Assembly (NCBI GenBank): GCA_012295275.1
Contig: CM022671.1
Location: 34,782,001 to 34,846,000, forward strand
Reading direction: 5' to 3'
Length of the DNA: 64,000 nt
Origin: Chrysomallon squamiferum
Taxonomy: Eukaryota; Animalia; Mollusca
This document shows, one piece after another, positions 49,818-64,000 of the stretch (within the stretch, counting starts at the first letter, position 1; each line of letters opens with the position of its first letter). Position numbers and translations under genes: made by a program. The notes under the pieces were generated by a model. The model was not told the origin of the DNA. It ran no database searches and was given only the letters and a program-made list of their open reading frames with translations.

Positions 49818-52527
49818 ATCTGTCTCCTGCTTTATCTCTTATGTCTCTATCTCTCTGTATCCTTCTCTCTCTCTCTCTCTCTCTCTCTCATTCTTTATCT
49901 CACTTTCACCCTCTCCTACCTCCTTATCTCTCTCTCTCTCACTCTACATCTCTCAGAGCTGTTTATGAAGCTGATAGAAATCTGAGAGACTTGCTAATTG
50001 ATACTAACCAAACCTCTACACTGACAGATAACAAGGGGGAAAAAAGGGAACTGAGTGAAAACTAACAGGAGAAAATAACGTATCTGTAAATCAGGAGTCG
50101 AAGTGGAAAGAATGGATGAAATTGAAAGCCAAAAAAAAATATATCGATGAAGAAAGATGTGAACGAATTTTTTATTTTTTAACGAATAAACGAATGAACG
50201 TTTAGTTGTGATACCGCGACATGTTTTAATATTAACGATTACAGTTTTAAGAGTCAGGCGATTCATTATATATATAATGAGGGGAATCGAACTACCAATA
50301 TCCTACAGACACCGAATTTGAAACAAAAACCTACGTTTTATTTTATTTTAAAAATACTCGCAAGCATTTTCATTAAAACAATTACTATGTTGAAATACAT
50401 CCATCGACTGGAAATGCCAGATCCCCTCCTTATCTACTCTTGATAATAATATATATTTGCAAATTATGTATTTTTAACCGGATATTATTGAAATTATTCT
50501 TAAAAAGACAAATTTTAAAATGAAGAACAAGGAAAATATTGAATGATCGTAATGCAATTTAAGATTATTTACAAAAAAAAAAAAATATTTAACTAGCAAA
50601 AATAAAAATCGTGAAAATTTCCACTTATCGAACCATTTTTTTTTCTTCTTCGTCTTCTTCAATGAAGACAATAGACATCTATATGTTTACACGGCAGCTG
50701 CAAATCAATTTCTGCATGGAATTAGGGACAGTGCTGAACAGCAGAGTTCTCCAAGTCGGAACGTAAATGCGCTTCTATTATTATTAGTTTGAATATAGCC
50801 TTTTAATGAACAAACATATATAGTAGAATTAGCCAGTAATGCTTGCGTGCCACGCTTAAAGGGTGCTCTTCGATTTATCGGTTCCCTAATGGCGCGGACG
50901 ATAACCGGGAAATCAATCTCATGGCGACGTAGACTGGTCCTAATTAGGGCTTCTCTTGAATGCCACCACGCACGCGGTCAATAGCGCTTTGAAAATTAGG
51001 CGGTACAAACTCTGTGACACCAGTCTTTCCTTCGAAACGTTGCTTTAATGGCCGAAGGAAAGTAATGATCATTTTAAATGGCCGTAATACAAATAATTCT
51101 GCTTTGAGATTTAAACTGTAAGCAATTTGATTTAGGAAGTAATAGCTATCTGGTGTTTTAACCTCAGTTAAAATAATTAATTTCCTCGAACGATCTTCCA
51201 CGGGCTAATTGTAATTTGTAATATCGTGACAGTAGATGTCGATACGTGATAATTTTGATATGCAGGAATTTCTTATTTATTAATTTTCATTATTTATCAT
51301 CCTCGTGGTTAAAATTCTATCATAATCACATCGTCAAGGTCAGCATTATATTAAATTAATAATAATAATAAGTAATAGTAGCAGCAGTAACAGCACCAGC
51401 AGCAGTAATAGTGGTAATATTTAGTAATACATTGAACATACATTGTTAGTAGTAATTGAAATATCAAGTTCAGTTAGATGTATTTAAGAAAGGAAGTTGG
51501 AACTGAAAACAAAAAACACAAAACAGAAATTATATATAATGATTGCTAAATATATAATGCCTTTCCAGTGTTACAAGCGTCTGCTATCTTTTTCCTATTA
51601 TTATTATTGTTGTTGGCGTTGGTGTTGTTGTTGTTGTTGTTGCTGCTGCTGCTGTTGTTATTTGTTGTTTTTATATGTATTTATTATTATTATTATTCAA
51701 TTTTTTTTTTTTCATTTGTTACAATTTGCACAAACGTTTATTTTCATAAAATGATTCCAGTTTTTGTATTCCAATCCATTACAATTACAATTAATTTAAT
51801 CACAAATTGTGATTTACGTAAGAAATTAGCTTTATTTTGTCACGTCTGCTGTATTATCGTTTTACGATATTTGACAAAACTCGCTTTTTCTTTGATAAAT
51901 GTGAATTTCCTGTCTTCTTGTATTTGAAGTTGTTAGACACTGAGAAAAAACAGACACCACTTTTTAAATTATTATTTCTTTCTTTTTCTACTTCATCTTT
52001 CTTTTTTTAACAATGCTGTAACATTTGTGTAACAAAACAAAATAGGTATTCTTTTTGTCTTCTTCTTTTTTTTTTTTTTTTTCAGTTCTTCATTGTTGGT
52101 TATTTAATTATTTAAAAGCGAATTTGAAAATATACTAATTTCAAAAAATAATTTTCTTTCTGTTTATTTATTTATTTAATTATTTGATTGTCTGGTTTGC
52201 CTAATTAATTATTTATTTCCTTATTAAGTTAATTTAGTTTTGTTTATTTCTAACATTGTTCATTATTAAAATGGTCAATACAAAAAATAATAAAAAAACA
52301 AAAAAACAAAGACAAAAAAAAAAAAATGTTACCAGACGCGACACGTTGCTTTCTCGACAAGGAGTAATGGACGACAGGTTAATGACCTGTAAATTGACGT
52401 CTGCTCATTTCTTATTTACATTTAAAAGGAAACTTAAAAACAGATTAAGGGAAATTACGTGTAGGAAATAAGGGCCAAAAATAGAAACAAATTAGAAATG
52501 TCCTCCTCTGTTTTAAATGTGTTTTCC

Positions 52528-52559
<32 letters not shown>

Positions 52560-55039
52560 GGTTTGTTGTTTAGTGAAGATGACCTTTTTTATTTTGGAGA
52601 TGATGTCTCCTTTGTTTTTCATTTTTAATATTTCTTTCAAAAGATCATTTTAATTTACTTTGTTTTCTTTTGTTTGTTTGTTGTTGTTTGGTGTTTGTAT
52701 TTTGTATGTGTGTTTTTGTTGTTGTTGTTTTATGGTTTTGTATTTTGTCTTTTTTATTTTAATGCATTTTTTGTGTATGAGAGTATATATGGGGTTTTGT
52801 GTATGTAGGCCTATGTATGTGTGTTTCATTTGGCTTTTTTAAAATTATTATTGGGGTCGTTGTTTTTTATTTTTTATTTTTTTTTTTTTTTTTGTTGTTT
52901 TTTATTGGGGATTTATTGTTGCTTGGTATGGTTTGTTGTTGTTTTTTGCGGGCTTTTGAGGGGGGGGAGACATTCCGTGACATCAAAAAACAACAAAGTA
53001 AGCCTGAAAATGGCTGCAGCGAATATAACATCTGACATTTCCACATGATTAGCTGGCAGTAATAACATATTTCTAGGTGTCAATAAAATAGCATTTCTTT
53101 TCATTCTCAATTTAATCCGCCTCTTCCTTTTTCACGTTCCAATCAGATGTAATTATCATTTTCTGTGGGATTCTTGATTGATATGACTGAAAGCGGTATA
53201 TTTTCTCATTTATACTTTTTACCAGAGAGCAAAAAATATATTTAAACAAAAACAAAAAAAAAAAAATCAAGATCGAAACCAATTTCCTTGCTTTGGCTTA
53301 TCAATATTAATCACTGGGACCCAGTCCATCATGCCCTGCAGTGCGCATGCCTAAACAGCAGACGCGCTTCCTCTGGAATGATTTGTGAGAGTAGCAAATT
53401 CGATATACGGCGAAATCCATACTTGCAGATTTCCATTAATTGCAATATGTTCCTTTTGAAAGGGGTTTTCGTTCCTCACAAAGTGATAGCGCCATTGATC
53501 GCCTTCACAATCTGAAAGTAAATTATCTATTGACGATTTGCCGTCCTCGGGTCGCCCCACGTGACCTTCGAGATGAATGATTGCAGTGCCGAGTGCACTG
53601 GCGCTATTTGATACGTTGTCTTCCCGCTGTCTCTATTTCATTACTAGGGAATCAGATATACCGAGTTCAAACCGTGCAATCACTGAAAACAATATCTGGA
53701 AATCTGTTTTATTTTTTTGTTACCGTTTCAACTGGCATGATGTCGTTTTTTTTTTTTTTTTTTTTTAGTTATTTGATTTTTCTTTATTTTCTGTTATTCA
53801 TGGATTTTTTTTTTTTTTTTTTTTTACTTTACTTTAATTTTCTATTTCTATTTATTTATTCAGAATTAATAATAATAATAATAATTCTATGCTTTTTTGT
53901 TTCGTTTTCTATCATTTATTATAATCATTGTTCTCTTCTGTTATTATGCAGTATCGTCGTTAGATGGCAAACAACTGCAACTGACGAATGCGCTTAATAA
54001 ATTTTTATCACATAACTGAACAAAGAACAAATTATTTAAATCCAATTTGTACAATATGTCCTTCAAAGTACTTTGTTTAAGAAACTGTTATGTTATTGTT
54101 ATATTGAACTGGTCTGAACGCTCAAGTAAATTATTACCTGGAAATAACCACAGACCAGAGGGGTACAAAATGTTTGATGTAAAAACCAAACATGACGCCT
54201 CAGACGTGACGTGACACAAAGCTGCAAGTCTGGTCAGGTTACCTTTTACACTATCTATGATGCTAAAAAAAACCTAAAAAAACAGAGTTCTGTCAACGTA
54301 TTTCCCCAAGCTACAAATTAAAAGGCAAAGAGCTGTTTGAGGCTTGCCAGCACCTGTTACAGAAAAAACATTAATTATATTTTGACTCCATTTATTCGCT
54401 TGTCCACAAGTATACACTTCAATTTCTTCATCTTTGTGCAGTTAAGAATTGTTGTGAAGAAGATAAACATTTCCTTGATATTCTTTTTGTTTTTAAGTAA
54501 TTGTATTTACTCACTAGAAATAATTGTTTGACAACGACTGACGCCGTTTTCCTAAACTGTTGTTTGATTCTGTTGTACATTTTCATGTTTCATTTACTCC
54601 CTGAATCTTTGTTGCTCGTTCATATTTATTTCTTAATCATAACTTTTTTTTTTTTTTAATTTAATTTAATTTAATTTTATTATTATTTTTATTATTATTA
54701 TACATATTAAACGTTCATGTCTTGTATTTTGATAATATCTGTTGCAGCATAATGTCGTTGGGAGACTGTGGGGGTGCTAGAGAATTACAAAAAGAGTTAC
54801 CGTTTGCTCAGTCTTTTGTGACTTTTCGTACAAATAAAAATTGCAGAATTTTATTTATTTATTTATATTTATTATTATTATTATTATTAGATCATATATA
54901 CATATGTATATATATAATTTAATTCATTTTATTTTGATATTTGTCTCCTAAATAACAAAAAAAGAACCTAGTTATTGAAATAAATTATTTCATAATTAAC
55001 TGAACTTAAATACTGAAAGTAAAATTACCTGATTGTGTA

Positions 55040-55161
<122 letters not shown>

Positions 55162-55254
55162 TCAACACAAAATACACGACTTAATAAATATACAGGAGTA
55201 AATTAATATATATTTAAATTTTTTTTTTTTTTTAAATCTACGTATTAGTTTTAA

Positions 55255-55451
55255 CCGTGTGAATAGGGTGTGTTAGCACGCGCGTACGTAGACTGGAAAT
55301 GAAAAGAAAACAGATTCAATTATCGGATGGCCTATATTATTATTTAATTTCGGGACAACCCGAATACACTCATAGGCAGATTACGGTTTCGGACACAGAG
55401 ATGCCACGCGCAGTTGTTTACATCACGATGTTTTAACGCTGAGCAAACGAC
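55255..55451 (+). promoter_or_regulatory. Putative RUSF1 promoter and 5' UTR
   Basis: CpG-rich block (gcacgcgcgtacgt, ccacgcgc) immediately upstream of the first ATG, ahead of the CpG-poor gene body. Confidence 0.5.
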
Positions 55452-61635
<6,184 letters not shown>

Positions 61636-62192
61636 ATCAACAACACATGTTCACTCACAACATCTCTTTAAACGTTAAAGTGCTTGTGGGTTATTGTTGT
61701 TATTGTTGCCGTTGTCTGTTGTTGTTGTTTTTGTTAACAATTTACTTACCAGGATGATGATGATTAAAACAAAAATTCAAATTTATAAAATGAAAGTTTA
61801 GCAAAACAACAAAAGAAAATCTGATGATACTTTTGAGAGAGAAAATTTTAAAATGTGTTTTATGTGTAATTGTAGTTGTGTGGTGTTTTTAGTTCAGGTA
61901 GAGAAACATTGTAGAGGATATAAAGAATAGATCTGATAGGGTTTTTAATTTTACAATGAAACCACTGTCACATACACATTCTCAGTGTGATCCTAAACCA
62001 TAGCAAGCCATAAAAAATGAATATATGCACCAATGTACACAAATGTTGTTTTTGGGGGGGGGGTTTCAAATTTATTTATTGTTATTTTTTTCATATTTCT
62101 TCTGTGTAAGTCACTGTAAACACATGTTTATTTTTTTAATTTTTTTTTATATATATATTTTTGCATATTTATATGAAGCCAAACCACTGAAA

Positions 62193-62409
62193 AATAAAAT
62201 TTGGACCTGAAATTTTAATTTACTTTAAAAAAAAAATAATTATTAACTTATATACATTCCTGTGTTCATGGGTTATTGTTAAAAAGATCATTAAAAATAC
62301 TGATGTTGTTAATAAACAGTTTCTCAAATTATTCTTACTTGCTTGAATATTCCTGTGTGTAGGCAGTTCAGGAAGGTGTAAAAAGAAAAATTTGACTGTT
62401 TAAAATAAA
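62193..62409 (+). terminator. Candidate RUSF1 polyadenylation signals
   Basis: AATAAA at 62193, 62311 and 62404, downstream of the stop codon. Which is used cannot be told from sequence. Confidence 0.4.
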
Positions 62410-64000
62410 CAACAAAATGTTGAATGTATTAAAAGATTTATTTTGTTTATATGTACAGTGAGAATATTGCACGAGATGATACTTCAGAGATATGTTAACA
62501 TTCAAACATCAAGTATTGTGACAGAACAGATTAAAAAATTAATAAAGTGGACACCAAACAAGTTAATGTATGCATTAAAGATAACATAATTTATTTGAAT
62601 AAAGATTTGCGATTACAAGACATTGTTAAATGTAGTTTCAGATTTAAATTAAATTAAGCTATAGTTCTTAGAGCAACTAATACTAAATAAATTAATTTTT
62701 TAAGAATGTTTAAAAAAAGAGTTCCAAATAATATTAATTGAAGTAAAAAAAAAAAAAAAAAAAAAAAAATTTAAATGATTATAACTTGTCCACACAATTT
62801 CAATCATTATAATAATTATAATAACAATATCCAATGGGGAAAAAAATTGTAACATTGATAACAACAATGTTGAGAAAATGCCTATGAAAGATATATCAAT
62901 AATAATGATGATGGAAACCCAGTGAAATGAAGATAATAACTAAATAACAGAAATAACTGATAAAAGGAAAACTAACACAGTTTTTCATATTGTGCCACCA
63001 TCATTTACCAGAGAGTTGAAAAATAAAATAAAATTCTGCTTAGGTCTAACCATAAATATGTGCAAGTATAAATAATGCATAAATATTACATATTAAATGA
63101 ATACATATATCCTGAATTAAAATCAAAAATATTTAAATGATTAACAACAAGCTGGTGTCCACTTTATAAGCCAAAACACACACACACACACCAGAAACAG
63201 ACCAAAAAAATAATAAACAGGGATTATTTAAAGAGTAATTAACAGTTTGAGAAGCTTTCCTTTCATGCTATTAATTTCCTTCAGTCACAAGAAGATTGAT
63301 CTAACTGCAGTAACTGTGGAATGGTAAGAATTGCTGTACAATGATTACATTGATTATAATTTATACTTTAATTTGTTTCACTTACTTCAGTTTGGTATGT
63401 CATGGTAACTATATTAATTATTTCAAAAATTTATTCCAGATCAGAATGAACTAAACAAATTTATTTAATTTTATAATGTTTTATAATTAACCAGAAAATG
63501 ACAAATATTGTGTGTATCTATACTTAACCTGAATACATAATGTTTCTTCTGTTAATAAAAAACAAAAAAGCAACCAGTGAAGTATCTACATATTTCTGGA
63601 TTCTGTTTCACAGGGATAAAATATATAGGAATTTGTCTTTGATGATGTAGCTATAGCAACTATTAACTGCAATTTATAACAAAAAAATAAGGAGACTTCA
63701 CTATTTGAATTTAATTATTTCACTTGGAAAAAAAAAAGGATTTCAAGCTACAACTTTACACTTATTTAAAATTTTAATTTAATTTAATTTTTACTTGAAA
63801 CATAGAAGGGCAAAAAATTGCAGATCCTATACTACAAAGACACTTCCAGATCTTGAGAATTAAAGCTTGAAAGAAACATTTGGTGATTTAACAACAAAAA
63901 AAAGTTGAGAAACTACAACAAGATAATTCAATCATAAATCTTAAAACAGTCACACAGTACAATATATAGGCAAAATTCATACACTCGTATGACACACAGG

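Noticed and set aside
50965-50990. gcacgcggtcaat resembling miR-124
   Set aside because: Seed region does not match and no hairpin partner is evident.
52900-52925. tttattggg (F-I-G) as a possible FIGQY cytoplasmic exon
   Set aside because: Reads FIGDL within low-complexity T-rich sequence; no exon context.

Overview
Eukaryotic, AT-rich, microsatellite-dense animal DNA (the tRNA-derived SINE remnants suggest a mollusc, probably a gastropod; this is inference). Almost all ORFs in the supplied track are microsatellite or low-complexity artefacts. Two spliced + strand genes were assembled by hand with GT-AG introns and consistent phases. (1) 24082-43958, 9 coding exons, 585 aa: a neuroglian/L1-family cell-adhesion paralogue with an atypical layout of signal peptide, ONE Ig domain, four FN3 domains and a GPI-type tail. 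No Ig1-5, transmembrane or FIGQY cytoplasmic exons were found in the window. Its 5' UTR carries several uORFs and it sits in about 55 kb of CpG-retaining non-coding DNA rich in recurrent motifs. (2) 55452-61635, 14 exons, 445 aa: RUSF1/C16orf58 (RUS1 family), with CpG-depleted introns. The window also holds degenerate SINEs, a Tigger/pogo-like terminus, and 97-bp, ~55-bp and 20-bp tandem repeats. All coordinates and counts are manual.
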